Below, one piece after another: positions 28,757-44,096 of a DNA stretch of 64,000 nt. Where the stretch lies: positions 194,556,001-194,620,000 of the forward strand of contig OZ024742.1 in the NCBI GenBank assembly GCA_964016885.1. Reading direction: 5' to 3'. The position numbers and the translations under genes are program-made. Position 1 is the stretch's first letter. Every line of letters begins with the position of its first letter. Below the pieces are notes generated by a model. The model saw only the letters and a program-made list of their open reading frames with translations. It was not told the origin of the DNA and did no database searches. Origin of the DNA: Eledone cirrhosa. Lineage: Eukaryota.

Positions 28757-29355
28757 TTTCCATATACATATAACCTTAACCAAATCATCATGGAGATTCA
28801 ACGTAACATAGTGTATGACAAGGCTGGCCCATTTAATTACATCTGCAATCTAGCCGACGGCTTTCTAACGGTTTCCATCTACTAAATTTTACTCACAAGG
28901 AATAGGTTGAGCCGAAATAATGGTAGACAACACCTGCCCGACGTAAGAGGCATTGAGATTGAACTCAAGACGTAATTGTTCAGCAGCAAACTGCTTAGAC
29001 ATTCGATTATCCTGTGTCCACGGTCATGGTATTGACATGTAAACTATCGACTACTTTAGAAGAAGGCCCATATGGAATTGGCAGATGCTATGATTCTGAT
29101 AAAATGTTGGATATGTGAAAAATGTAATATTTGTAGCAGCTGGTGATGAACAGAATAAAAGAGAAAATATATATAAGCAAGATATTATTATCTGTAGTTA
29201 ATGTAGAATAAAGAACCTTGCGATAGAAGGTGATAGGTAGTTGGATGTAAGAAAGAAGTAGTAGTTTGTTGATAACTTCATAGCAGACCACGGCATTCGT
29301 TTGTAAATAAATGCATACTTCCATTTGTATCTGAGCGTTTGTAAGTGTGTGGGAG

Positions 29356-29405
<50 letters not shown>

Positions 29406-29802
29406 ATTTTCTATATATAATGTTATATATATAATATATGTATAATTGTTCTACTCTAACCATAAATTTCAGTAGCACACATAAATTCCTCAATTTAAGA
29501 ATGACCTGTAGTATCTATTTCATACTATAAACTTTAAATGAATATATATCTAACCAGGAATGCTTTTTGTGAAAATCAGTCATATGGAACTATTGTCATC
29601 TTGCCTGACGGTTTGAACTTTACAACACCACCTGCCTCTTTGAGGTCAAATACCAACCCTACTAGCATCTACAAACTGACCAATGAGAATTAAGACTATT
29701 CCTGCTGACAACATTAAATTATTCCTAACAAGCTCATATGTCCCAAGGCTCTGATACCATCAACACTATAAACACAGAGCTGGCATATCTAAGAACTGAC
29801 TA

Positions 29803-29858
29803 ACTGCCCGATGAGGTCATAGCCATTCAATGGCTATCATCGAAATATATATAGCAGT
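29803..29858 (+). ncRNA. Type I hammerhead motif with U4C core change
   Basis: ACTGC-CCGATGA-stem II ATAGCCAT/ATGGCTAT-GAAA-TATATA-TA-GCAGT, followed by AATAAA. Confidence 0.65.
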
Positions 29859-29920
29859 AAATAAAGGATTATGAGTTCATGCAATTGACTTATGTATAAT
29901 ATATATATATATATATATAT

Positions 29921-30250
29921 ATTTCGTTTCTGAATTTGTTTAGCAAGATTCTTTATCTGAAAACGTGTGTTGAAACCATCTTGTTTTTTCCTGAAAAACA
30001 AGATGGCGTAGGACAGAACAAAGGGGTGGCACAAAAATAAAGAAAAGAATCCCCAGTCACTGAAGAGGTCACAGAATGTGTGAGGAAAGAACTTTGACAA
30101 TATATAAACAATCATCTGGTTGTGGAAGCAACCAGCCAACCGGAAATTTATAAATTCCTAAATTTATAAATTTATTATAATAAATTGAAGTGAAACATCT
30201 GATGCATGTGTTTCTTATTGGCAACATGACCCTCCCAAAGTATAACAATA
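29921..30250 (+). mobile_element. 330-bp non-coding mini-derivative of the PLE at 53605-54550, hammerhead at 30056-30098
   Basis: 29921-29977 is the reverse complement of 54492-54550; ~29995-30237 matches the reverse complement of 53612-53851; (TA)n on both sides. Confidence 0.8.
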
Positions 30251-30261
30251 TATATATATAT

Positions 30262-30362
<101 letters not shown>

Positions 30363-30892
30363 TGTTTGCAGTGTTTGTTAATAGGTGGAGGAGTTCCAAA
30401 AGATTAGGAAAATGAAAAAACAAATTAAAGGGAAATAATACAAAAGTAAAAGGAAATTGAATGATCAATACCATTATCAATATAGCATTATAGGTAGCAT
30501 GATCAATACCAGTAACAATTTGATATGATAGAATGAATCCCTGGATATTGATACACATATACACACTGAAATACGGCGAATGATTGGATGTTCTTAGAAA
30601 TACGAGGTTGAATTTCTTTCGGGTTTATATTATCTGCGTTCAAATCACACCGAGGTCAACTTAGAATTTCATCATTCATGGGTCGATAAGAGAAAGTACC
30701 AGTTATATGCTGCAGTCTAAATACTCGATATTCCCATCCACCTGAATTGCTGGCAATCAGAGAAATAAGGAATTATGTTCTCAGACTAACTGGTGGGTAG
30801 AAAATATAGCTCGCACTATGTCTGCAAAGGTGAAAAGTAGTGTTGAAATTAGGATGCGAATACTTGCACATAAAAGGGAAATTATGTGGGCT

Positions 30893-30961
<69 letters not shown>

Positions 30962-31068
30962 GTATATATATCATATATATATATATTGGTATATATACAG
31001 TATATATATATATATATATACAGTATATATATGTATATATTGATATATATGTATATATATATATATAA

Positions 31069-31133
<65 letters not shown>

Positions 31134-31263
31134 GAGAGCTAGAGAGAGAAAGAAACAAATATGTATGCATATACAAACATACATAAATATATATATATAT
31201 GCATACACACATACATACATACATACATACATACATACATACATACATACATACATACATACA

Positions 31264-31295
<32 letters not shown>

Positions 31296-31645
31296 CAAAC
31301 ATACATATATACATAGATACACTCAAAACAGCTGCTGACAATGCAATTAAGAAAGATTTAGTTGATGTGAGATGATAGAGATAGTTTGTTTACTGCCTAA
31401 CACTGTTGTTCGTTTAACTGGCAAACAGTAAACTTTCCAGATCTGACAGCTAAGAAACTGCTGTTACTCTACTTCTCATATATTTATTTCACCAACGCAC
31501 ATCTATCATCTCATATATGTTACAGTTATATTATAAAGATGTAAGAAATACACTACTTCGGGTTCCGTTTCCGTATTGTTTAAAACACATATCATTACTG
31601 CTTACTAATTGTTTATATATATTTTATATGTACATGTGTGAATAA

Positions 31646-31687
<42 letters not shown>

Positions 31688-31734
31688 TTATTCACACATG
31701 TGTGTGTGTGTGTGTCTGCGTGTGTGTGTGTACC

Positions 31735-31765
<31 letters not shown>

Positions 31766-32070
31766 GGGGGGGGGTGTACCTATATATATATATATATATA
31801 TATATGTGTTCGCGTGTGTGTGTGTTTGTGCGTGTGTGTATATATGTTTATATTTATATATGTGTGAATGTATGTGTATGTATAGATATATGTATGTATA
31901 TTAGCTAATAGTTGTTTATGGTCTACATATATGTATGTATTTATATATATACATATATATATATATATGTCTTTATATATATTAACAGTGTACTTATACA
32001 GATCCTCTGAATTTATGTTTACTATTGTGTACCTATAAATGTATATATACTTGTATGAAAACGTGTATGG

Positions 32071-32127
<57 letters not shown>

Positions 32128-32738
32128 TGTAGGTATGTTGTATGTCTCTCTATATTTTTTTGCTTCTATTCAACACCTGGAAATGGCCTGTAATTTGTGA
32201 GCTGCCAACTAAAGAACGATGTTAGCTAACTTGTGAAATTTATTTCAATAGGAACCGACATCTGACCACATTTCTTCTCGGTATATCACAGATTATTTAA
32301 TATGAGAGATATTCTATATATTCTATTTATTTCATGTGGCTATTGCTCTGAAAACCATTTGTTAATCGCCATTGCTTCCACTCAGATCCGCCATTTGCAG
32401 GAGTTTGATTTTATATTACAGGACAGGGGATTAAATAAGAATGAATCTATATTATAACAACTTCACAACTGTGGGCCTGACTGTGATACAGACACGACAC
32501 GCTGTCAAAATCGTTGTTATTTTTGTTTATTTAGATTTCTTGAAAACCAAATGTAAAATAAACGATTGAGTTGCATAAATGTTCCAATATGCTCTCTATG
32601 TTTGTCTCTCTATTCCTCACCATTCTCTCTTTCTATGATTGTCTCTCTCTCTCTATATATATATACATATAGACACACGCGCACACACGCACACACAGAC
32701 ACCCGCACACACAAGCACAAACACACACACTCACGCAC

Positions 32739-32907
<169 letters not shown>

Positions 32908-33365
32908 GTGAGTGTGTTCTGTTATTAATTCTGGCAATATTACGCAAATATGACCCTCCCCAAATATAACAATATATATATATATATATGGTATGTACGC
33001 AAATTTTCTAAGTTCAATTTTACACCTAAATGTGTTTAGTTGACTGTATATCTGGCCGATTTTTACGTGCTGTCGAAATGTTAGATAAATAATCTATTAT
33101 AGCCACCGCGAAGGGGCTGCTTTTGGTTATTTGTCGGATAATTTCTTCATAGGAGCCTTTATTCTTATAGCTTGGTCTAATTGATTTTATATATGGTTAA
33201 TTATACTAATTGGGAGAGAAATGGTATATATTATATCTAGTGATTCTAAAGACATATTTTATGATATATATATATATATATATATGTGTGTGTATATTCG
33301 TAGCTATGGTGCTGACGTAGGCGCTATGCCAAAATTAGCACTCTAAGTTCATCAGAGTAGAGTGT

Positions 33366-34020
33366 ATATATTATCAAGAAAAACGAAAAATCAGTGATAC
33401 ATCTGGACTTGGTTTATTTCGTGTTACAAATGTTTCGCCGCCATGTAGCTCGAGTCACGGTCCTTGTATGGATCTGGCTGATTCTACTCATGCGGGTTCA
33501 TTCAGACACGTCTGTTATGTCCGGAGCTAATTTTATCACTGGGGTGTTGTTATCAAAACAACACCTAAAAAAAACCTTCTTTCCACTCTTGCCATGCCAT
33601 TGGCTGTTTTTACTCCACGTCATCACAAGTTCTGGTCAGTATCTGCTGCCACACGGTTCATCAACTATTTTCCGTCCGACATATTTCAATGGAGTCATGC
33701 TGGGTTCAGTACTTCACACGTCTGCTCACACTTCAGGGTAAGCACCCACACATACTAGAATATTCACATAGTAACACACACATATATATACTCAGACATA
33801 CACCTATCTATGCATTCATACTCGTACGTCTACATGCTCAGACACCCACACCGCCACATACATACATCGCAGTATATATACTCACCCACCCTCTCTGCCT
33901 CTCTTCCATGGGCCCAGTGACACACACTTGTTGATACATGCCGCCACGAGCCTTCTGGCTGTTCTGTATCAATTGGGTAAGCATGTCAAAATCAAACGTA
34001 CACATATATGCATACAGACG
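33366..34020 (-). mobile_element. PLE-type terminal repeat, left arm of a ~650-bp inverted pair; hammerhead variant at 33420-33510
   Basis: Reverse complement of 37637-38292; CGTGT-CTGAATGA..GAAAC-ATTT-GTA-ACACG-AAATAAA. Confidence 0.8.
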
Positions 34021-34049
34021 CGCGAACGCACACATACGGCCAACCTTTT

Positions 34050-34185
<136 letters not shown>

Positions 34186-34494
34186 CTCTTACACACGCAT
34201 ATATACATACACACATACATTCACATACACATATATACATACGCACATGTGCATACACAGATATACATACACACCTAGGAATTTTTTTCATTCTGATGAG
34301 TGAAAGTGGATATCGTTTGCTTTCAAGTAACCACTGGTAAATTAAACCACTATCCTATGTTGTTCCTTAAAATATGCATATATATATACACACACACACA
34401 CACATACATACATATACACACATATATACACAAACGTAAACTGTCACATGTCCACACACACATAATAACACATACGTACATAAACATTGCCTAC

Positions 34495-34533
<39 letters not shown>

Positions 34534-34965
34534 TATACATACTCATATATATTTTTTTGTATAAGTATATATATATAGATATATATATATAGATATATAC
34601 ACACAAAAGAAAAATAAAAATAAAAAATAAAAAATAAAAAATAAAAATAAAAAAGGACAACCCAACACGCAAACGCATATCCACACATATACACAGAAAT
34701 ACCCATGCATAGGCCGAAATACATACACCTACACATGCGTGCGCATACATGCTGCCGCATGCATACACATGCACGCATGCAGATCTGCCTACCCACACAG
34801 AAGTACCACTACATATACATGTACATATATAAACAAACCTGTAAGTGAACAGTTGAAAATACATTATGCAATAAAAAACAGTATAATAACAGAAACGAAA
34901 TATCGAAGTATAATAACATAAGAAAAATATACAATGAAATATAATATACGATGTGGTACACATAT

Positions 34966-35052
<87 letters not shown>

Positions 35053-35060
<8 letters not shown>

Positions 35061-35664
35061 AGATCAAAAGATGGTTAAAGGAGTTCAATATATTTTATTA
35101 TGCGCATTTCAAAAACAAACATCATCAAACAATAATATTTGTGTTTTCATCAGATAAAACAGGAGAACATGATATGAAGGCTAAAAAAAACACTTGTTGA
35201 TAGTGCAGTTTTAAATCAACATATGAAAAGTGGTTTTAGATTGATGTGTGATATTTTCCTCGCACATATCCTCCCTTCGTTAATTTTCAAAATTTTTAAT
35301 TTATACAGTATCTTCCAACGGTTTTCAACCCCTCTATATAAAATATATCTCCTCTCTGTTATAAAAACTATCTCTTTCTCTCTATCACCCATCTCTCCCT
35401 CTCATCTCCTTCCCTTTTCATCCTTTTCTCTCCCCCCCTCTCTAAATAAAATATTTTTCCCAATATCACACATCAATCTAAAACCACTTTTCATATGTTG
35501 ATTTAAAACTGCACTATCAACAAGTGTTTTTTTTAGCCTTCATATCATGTTCTCCTGTTTTATCTGATGAAAACACAAATATTATTGTTTGATGATGTTT
35601 GTTTTTGAAATGCGCATAATAAAATATATTGAACTCCTTTAACCATCTTTTGATCTTATATTAT
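35053..35664. repeat. Inverted repeat with 203-bp arms and 206-bp spacer, each arm carrying a hammerhead
   Basis: 35053-35255 vs 35462-35664; TTTTAT-CTGATGA-stem II-GAAA-TGCGCA-TA-ATAAAA at 35558-35624, mirror at 35093-35159. Confidence 0.9.
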
Positions 35665-35820
35665 GCATACTCCAGTCCCACAAACTGTAGAGTGCTTCTT
35701 ATCCGATATCTGCATTGCTTTATTGTACTACAATAAAACTCACCTCCTACATATATATATATATATATATATATTAAGAGAGTAAAACAAAGAATCCTTT
35801 AATACATCAAAAGTTTTTCT

Positions 35821-35864
35821 TAGCCGACAATGTTTCGTCCTATTAAGGACTCATCAGGGCAATC
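35821..35864 (-). ncRNA. Canonical minimal type I hammerhead
   Basis: Reverse strand: GCC-CTGATGA-GTCCT-TAAT-AGGAC-GAAAC-ATT-GTC-GGC, inside a ~240-bp segment between two (TA)n arrays. Confidence 0.9.
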
Positions 35865-36006
35865 AAAACAACAAGAAGTAATATCGGCAGATACAAGCCT
35901 GAAACTAATTTTGGGGCTCTGTTTAACTGCATTGAGCTATACCTTTTACTGTCATTTCTATAATATGAGGACGGTGTTTTACTCCAACACGCTCCAGTAT
36001 TCTAAT

Positions 36007-36119
<113 letters not shown>

Positions 36120-36248
36120 GTTATTCCGGGTTGAATCGGGGGTAACCACAGTAAGTAAGGTACTCAATACATAGCAGAGTATAAAAGTTTTAATATAGAT
36201 GAGATTCTACAGGACTAGAACTGTTTCATTCTTTAGAAATCATCAGGA

Positions 36249-36285
<37 letters not shown>

Positions 36286-36420
36286 TCCCCCTATTATACA
36301 TATATACACACACACACACATACACAGACGCACACGTACATGGATTCATACGTACATATACGCATATATACGGGTATGCATAGAGGGTATGTGATAAAAT
36401 AATATAACATGAATAATAAT

Positions 36421-36610
36421 AATAATTGTTTCTACTTTTGGCACAAGGCCAGCAAATTACCCAGTGCATTACTGGTACTTTATTTTATCGACCCCGTAAG
36501 GATGAAAGGCAAAGTCAACCTCGGCGGGATTTGAACTCAGATCGTAAAGGGACGTAACTATGCTGGAAAGCATGGCGTCCGACCCTCTACCGATACTGCC
36601 AATCCACCGC
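36421..36610 (-). mobile_element. SINE S1 copy
   Basis: Reverse complement of 37170-37358 and 3491-3680. Confidence 0.85.
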
Positions 36611-36697
36611 CCACATATATACACATACTTACCCGCCCGCACACACACAGACCCACTCATATGTGGCTACACGTACCTACATACTCGTACACACATA

Positions 36698-36740
<43 letters not shown>

Positions 36741-37169
36741 GCTCACATATAGACACACATACACCACTTTCTGCCACATATGCATATATATGTGTGCACG
36801 TAAATGCGCGCATAAGCTCATGCACACACATACCCATGCCCATACACACACCCCAATACCCATCCACGCATACGTATACATACACATACATACGCATCTA
36901 CACGCACATATACCCAGACACATGTGTGACCACACATAAAAAGAACTCGTGATCATAAACACAATATGATAATAAAATAAAATATGTTAATAAATTTACA
37001 ATATTGTAGGGTACATTAAATCTGTATGTAACTGCATAAAGGTGCAGGAAAATAAGGAACGAGTAAAAAAATAAAAAAAATTAAAAAAAGAAAGGTGGGG
37101 GGGGGTATATGAGAAGGTGCGTGCGTCCATGTGACGTACTACCCACTGGCATTATGAGGTGCAAGCAAG

Positions 37170-37358
37170 GGCGGTGGATTGGCAGTATCGGTGGAGGGTC
37201 GGACGCCATGCTTTCAAGCATAGTTACATCCCTTTACGATCTGAGTTCAAATCCCGCCGAGGTTGACTTTGCCTTTCATCCTTACGGGGTCGATAAAATA
37301 AAGTACCAGTAATGCACTGGGTATTTGCTGGCCTTGTGCCAAAAAGTAGCAACAATTA
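37170..37358 (+). mobile_element. SINE S1 copy
   Basis: GGCGGTGGATTGGCAG..GTTCAAATCCCGCC..GTCGATAAAATAAAGTACC. Confidence 0.85.
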
Positions 37359-37636
37359 TGAGGTGCAGGCTCGTGTCCGTGTATACAACAGGTAACAGTA
37401 ACAAAACAATTATATAACAATATTAAGAATCACTTTTCCAAAGTGGGGGAGGTGTAGAGTATATAGTCACGATTGACGGTGTACACATTCAATGTGACGC
37501 CCGCCACGGTCGCCATGGGGCATGGCACCATGTCTGGGGTGTGCTGTTCTAAACGTTTAGTGCACAGGTCCGGGCGGCAGTGGACTCCGTGTCAGCCGAT
37601 GCCGGCCCATGCAGTGCATCTTCAAATGTTGTGTGC

Positions 37637-38292
37637 CTCTGTATGTATATATGTGTACGTTTGATTGTGACATGCTTACCCAATTGATACAGAACAGTCA
37701 GAAGGCTCGTGGTGGCATGTATCAACAAGTGTGTGTGACTGGGCCCATGGAAGAGAGGGAGATAGAGGGTGGGTGAGTATATATACTGCGATGTATGTAT
37801 GTGGCGGTGTGGGTGTCTGAGCATGTAGACGTACGAGTGTGAATGCATAGATAGGTGTATGTCTGAGTATATATATGTGTGTGTTACTATGTGAATATTC
37901 TAGTATGTGTGGGTGCTTATTCTGTAGTGTGAGCAGACGTGTGAGTTACTGAACCCAGCATGACTCCATTGAAATATGTCGGACGGAAAATAGTTGATGA
38001 ACCGTGTGGCAGCAGATACTGACCAGAACTTGTGATGGCGTGGAGTAAAAACAGCCAATGGCATGGCAAGAGTGGAAAGAAGGTTTTTTTTAGGTGTTGT
38101 TTTGATAACAACACCCCAGTGATAAAATTTGCTCCGGACATAACAGACGTGTCTGAAAGAACCCGCATAAGTAGAATCAGCCAGATCCATACAAGGACCG
38201 TGACTCGACCTACATGGCGTCGAAACATTTGTGACACGAAATAAACCAAGTCCAGATGCATCAGTGATTTTTCGTTTTTCTTGATAATATAT
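37637..38292 (+). mobile_element. Right arm of the inverted pair; hammerhead variant at 38148-38238 (CTGAAAGA core, GUG site)
   Basis: Highly similar to the reverse complement of 33366-34020; ends in (TA)n. Confidence 0.8.
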
Positions 38293-38495
38293 ATATATAT
38301 ATATATAAGATGGCAGTAGAAGAAGGAACGCAGAATACGTCCGCGCTCCTTATATCTTGTCAGGAATTTGTTTCCTCGGCACTTAATATGTTAAAAAATT
38401 TGAGTTTCACAAATGTGTGTGTGTGTGTGTATGTGTGTGTGCCTGTGTGTGTTTTTGTGCGTATGTATGTATATATGTATATACATATACACATG

Positions 38496-38569
<74 letters not shown>

Positions 38570-38735
38570 GCGGGATCACTCGATTGAGATATCGAATACT
38601 AGGAAACGTTGAAAGTTGATATGTAATCGTCTAACACAAATGGCAACAGTGATAGTCACCATTTCAAATTACACATACATACATACAGACATGTACACAC
38701 ATACACATACAGATGTGTTTATCTAAATACATGAT

Positions 38736-38890
38736 CGTTTCTACTTTAGGCACAAGGCCAGTACATTACTGGTACTTTATTTTATCGACCCCGTAAGGAT
38801 GAAAGGCAAAGTTAACCTCGGCGGGATTTGAACTCAGACTGTAAAGGGACGTAACTATGCTAGAAAGCATGGCGTCCAACCCTCTACCGA
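38736..38890 (-). mobile_element. SINE S1 copy (more diverged copies at 30575-30780 +, 40700-40830 -, 41270-41485 -)
   Basis: GGTACTTTATTTTATCGACCCCGTAAGGATGAAAGG..GGGATTTGAACTC. Confidence 0.8.
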
Positions 38891-41800
38891 ACGCATAAAC
38901 ATACCACTGTTCTAATCTCGCCTTGAGACCGAATATTGTATATTCTATCCGTTAAACAATGGTTTGATTACTTGTTTAGTTTAATATATCTATAATGCAT
39001 TATATATTTTCAAGAAATTAAACCATAAGAGACAACATCCTAATTTCTCTATCTGTTACATTTCTGATGTTATGTAACAACATATTTCACCAACATATAT
39101 TTTCACCATATATTTCTTACATTACTCATTTCAAAAACATTTTACGTCAGATATTATTGTTAATACTCTTTAATTTTTATCACCATCAAAATATATTATT
39201 ACTTCGTTTTCATATATCTGAGAAACATTGCCCGTGATTATCTAATAATTTTGAAAATAATAAGAATTTGAAAGGATTTAGTAATATACCTAACTTTAAT
39301 TATTTAATTATTAAGCTGGGATTTGGAACATAATTGTTCTAATATAAAATTATGATGGGAGCGTTATATGTAAATATCAATACTTTCAAATTCTAATGGA
39401 AGTCATTGCCTATAAATTCCAAATCATTTTGGAAATAATTAAGAATATGGAAGGTTTTAAATATCATTAAGTTGAGGTTTGGAACATGGCTGCAAAATTG
39501 TGCTTACATAAAATTTTGATGAAAAGCTTTTGATAAATATTAACATTTTAAATCAAATACTTGTATATAGTAACACAACGCATGGTTTCAGGTAGTTTGA
39601 TATCAAAAGGGTTAAAGACAGGTATTCAAATATTAGCATATAAATGGATCTCCATGAGATATTATATTAAAATAGAGTTATTCTCAATGTGATGATATTA
39701 GTATTTTAATATTCCTTTCGTTATAATCTGCATTTTCAAAGTGAAATTAAACCCGCCTATTATGGCATGCTGTATAAATTGTATTAAAAGCAAAACATCA
39801 TATATTAAATGTCGTTTTTAATTTTTGAAGTCAATAATTTTAAGGAATAACTTAGTGTAAGTCAATTGGAATTCGAATAAAAATAAATCATATGTACGTA
39901 TATCTTATTTTGAATTCAATTAATAATATATTCACATGAATATGGAAAAATTATCCCCACTAATAAATAAGTTCAGACCACGTATGGAAAAATAGCACAA
40001 AATGATAATAGGAAATGATAATAGATTCTAGTATTATATTCAACTGGTTTAACTGCAGTTCCTACTCTGATATGCATGGTAAGTGTCTTTGAATTTCAAT
40101 GCAAATTGTAATACATTCAAGATTTAATTAGATGAATAGATTAGCATGCGAATCCTAGATTTAATTCGGTTGTGACATCCTTTCAATTCTTATTATAGAA
40201 TTATTTTCGCATGAACAGATATCTATGTGAATGTTAATGACTTTTTAAAAAATCAGTATTTTTTCCATTATGAAATCTTTTAAAATTTATATATTCCTTA
40301 TAAAGCATTGTGTCTTTTTGCGTGTTCTCATCCGCAGAAATTAATGCATTTACTTTGTATTTCAGAACGAAAGTTACTTTCACTTTAGACTTGTAATTGT
40401 TGATTATTTATATATTTTTTTAATTAATTAATCGTAGAAGAAAGTGCATCAACCATAACATAGACCTTCCCAGTTATCGATGAAGTTGGCGTATATTTTT
40501 TAACAACGATACGTCTATATCAGTGGGAGAAAATACGATAAGGATGTGGCAAATTCGATTGTGAATAAAGATTAGTTTGGTATCTGGGGCTTGACCCATA
40601 TTACAGAACGGAAAATGAGAGGATGGTGAGTTAGATAGATGAGATGGTAATAATTCTAATAAGAATCCATAACATGAACAGAAGGTAGAGTGGAATTAAT
40701 CAGCCACACCTCTTTCTTCCATCTACTTATTTAAAAGTTGAACGATGTTAAGATTTGAACTCAGAATATTAATGTACTCAACTAAATATTGTTGCGTATT
40801 GTGTCCAATAATTTATAGATATTGGCAATTTATAAAGATGTTTTCCCTTGTTGGTAAGTAAACATTTTCTGAAATATATGTTGTTTAACTAATACTCCAG
40901 CCAAACATTTCCTATTGCTTCATCTCCTTCACGCGCTCTTCCTTCTATTGTCTTAAACTCATCATATCATGCAGCAGATTTTGTAACGAAAATACTTGAG
41001 AGAAAGCGTGCTCATTTATTTCAGATTTTGTCTATCCAAATTGTATTGTTTCTGCCTGGCTTCTGAGAAACATCCAAACTGCCTTCTTTCTGCCCAGTGA
41101 ATGAGAATATATATGTAATATATTAGATTATTATGATTTCAAGTTGCACTATTGTTGATAAAATAGTTGGATATATTTTGGCTGTGTATGGCAAGATCGA
41201 AATCGACAGAATACTCTTGACTGTTAGAAATATCTATAGGGCGTCTACGTTTCTATATTACCCTAATAATGGTTTCTAATTTTGGCGTAAGAGACGAAAT
41301 TTAAGGAGAGGAAAATATTATTTAAATCGGCCTCTTTGTTTTACTGGTACATTTTTCTTCGACCAAGGTTGGAGTAAAGGCAAATTAACCTAGACGAGAT
41401 TTGAACTCAAAACGATACGGTGCGTAACTGAATGCCGCAGTGCATGTTGCCCAACCCACTAACTTTTCTGCCTGTTCACCACCCTATATTCTTCTAATGC
41501 CCCGACTGTAAGCTACCGAGTTCGATTCCTAACCGTTGCATCTTTGAACAAGAAACTTTTTTCGCGTTGCTCCAGTTGAAGCAGATGGCAAACATTGAGT
41601 GCACCTATACGTCAAGAAGTCAGCCTTGTTACACATTATACCATATTGAAACACCATCAGAAGTACGCTATAGGTTCGCATGTCAATGGAATGTTCAGCA
41701 ACATGTATATTGATTTCACATACATTTTCTTCCGTTGATTGAATCAACTGAACGACTCGTCAAAAAAAATAAGGGAGGTCCAAGTCCAACTTAGTATATC

Positions 41801-42019
41801 GCTAGTCTGAAGTCTGTCTCAAGCAGGAGGCTCATTAGGCCGGTTCTTATGCCGGTTTCGTGGCGTGAAGCGACTGAGAGTACAAAACACTCCCCTGGTT
41901 CGCACGTCATCAATCACAGGGTTAAACATTCACCTATCACTGGTAACTATTTTCAGGTGAGTATACTGCAGAAACGTGAAATGAAATGTTTATCTCAAGA
42001 ACAATATATGTTGTGGAGA

Positions 42020-42640
42020 GGCTAATTCTTGTCTGCAAAGACAAAAGATAACTGTCTGATCCGCACAACGCGCCTGGTGGGCAAGTTGAAACATCAAGAG
42101 ACTGGAAATTCTTTGCTTTTTCTCTGATGGGATAAAACTTTAATTAGGATCAAAGGGTCAAACGAAGGAATGAAAGATGTTTATGGAAATACCCTAATGA
42201 TATTCCAAAGATTTTCCCACAGGTTTACGGCAACAATGATCGTTCTAGGTGTCGTGAGCAATCAGGAAGATAGCATGCCTCCTCCTTACTTTCCTCAGGG
42301 TGTACGGGTCATATAGAGAGCTGTTGGACATGGTTCTGAGGCCTGGGAAAATGAGTAAAAGAAGAGCCTTCACGTACCAACAAGACTCTGAGCTGTCGCT
42401 CGATGTCTAAAAGGCAAAAGAATGAATGAATAACAATCTCCACGATCAGGTCAATCTGAAAATATAGTCTCATTGTGGTCCTATTACGTTTAGGTCGGAA
42501 TCGAGAGGGAAGTCAATCAACACTATATAACTCGCACAATGTCCAACTTAGTTTAAGATCATCTTATTTAGGCATGTAAATCTTTCAGACCTCTTGTTCA
42601 AGCAGTCATTGCTGCTAACAGCGGATTCATGGAGAAGATG
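42020..42640 (+). mobile_element. Decayed Tc1/mariner-superfamily (maT-like) transposase catalytic fragment
   Basis: Frameshifted remnants: FSD..DQRVKRRNER..MIVLGVVSNQEDSMPPPYFPQGVR..YQQDS. Confidence 0.55.
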
Positions 42641-42975
42641 CGTCAAAACGGATATTATGTGAATTCATGCCAATAATAAACAACTTCGTTTTACCAAATT
42701 CATACAACTTTTTTCATATCATAATGGTGTGTGTACATACATACAATGATTGGCTGAATGTGTGTTTTTCCTCATTTTTTCCCGTTACATCCACTTGCCA
42801 ATCTTTATCTTTCTATTTTATGTTTTATTTCCAATTCTTCTGATGAAAGACTAGTGTCCGAAACATTAAAGCTCCTTTCTTGCTATTTTAAGCATTAAAC
42901 TAACATATGCCTACGTTGTACTCTGTCGTTTGCTTTGTTACTTCTGTTTACTTTTTACATACATATACATACACG

Positions 42976-43117
<142 letters not shown>

Positions 43118-44012
43118 TAAGTATGTATATATATATGTATATATTATGTCCGGTCACTCTTGAGTGCCACTGGTAACATGTAACCCAGTACAACCTGTCG
43201 CATGGTCGGGTCGTCGGCGACAAAACCGGCAACCCCACCAAGTATACTTAGTGAGGAGGGTGATTTTGGACACCCTGCAGGACAAAAATCAAAACCTGAC
43301 AAAGGGTGGAAGAACTCATAAGGGTCAACGGCCATCCAAAAGTGTGTAAATATGTATATACACATGTACATATGTATGTATATGTACATGGGTGCATGTG
43401 TATGTATATGCGCGGAGACATAGAAATAGTCGGTCTGGACACCCGATCGCGCCGTTAAGCCACTGGGAGTGAAGGACCCCTAGCCTTTCTCAGGGCATTC
43501 TTCTAGGAGAATGCAACTCAGGAAACTGGGATAACTCCGATATAAAACCTGCGGCTCAGTCGTTACCGATGATGTTGATATTTTCTTCTGTTCGGGTTAT
43601 AGCTGTTGTCGCTAAGAGAGTGGGATTGGCTCAGTGCACAGTCTTTCCTCACTTTAAAAAATATCTTCACGCACAGGCATTGCACGATAGAATTAATTAA
43701 TAATTATTAATAATGGTATATCGTGCAATGGCCATACTCGATAACGAGCGGCATCCATCATGTATGTATGTTTAGATGTATGTGTGTTGAATCATAATAT
43801 TTGGAATAACGTATATTCACATCAAAAGGAAACGTTCTTAAAAGGATACCGTAAATATATACATTTATTTTTTAGTTATAATTTACAATTACCATCCTTA
43901 CCAAAACACGTCTCACAATATATGTTATTTTAATGCAATTATTTCTTTGCCGTTTCTATAATTCAATTGAAATGATACCATACACGCGCGCACACCCACC
44001 CACACCCACACC

Positions 44013-44096
<84 letters not shown>

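Noticed and set aside
33295-33360. Minus-strand CTGATGA..GAAT motif, and 32474-32510 CTGACTG..GACAC-GCT-GTC
   Set aside because: Cores and stems are too degenerate or truncated to call as hammerheads.
33394-33741. 115-aa ORF duplicated at 37917-38261
   Set aside because: It is antisense to the hammerhead-bearing repeat, has a GTG/weak start and no recognisable motif; conservation is explained by recent duplication.
38900-41260. Long AT-rich unique stretch as a possible gene
   Set aside because: No ORF of 60 aa or more in the track, and no consistent exon chain found.
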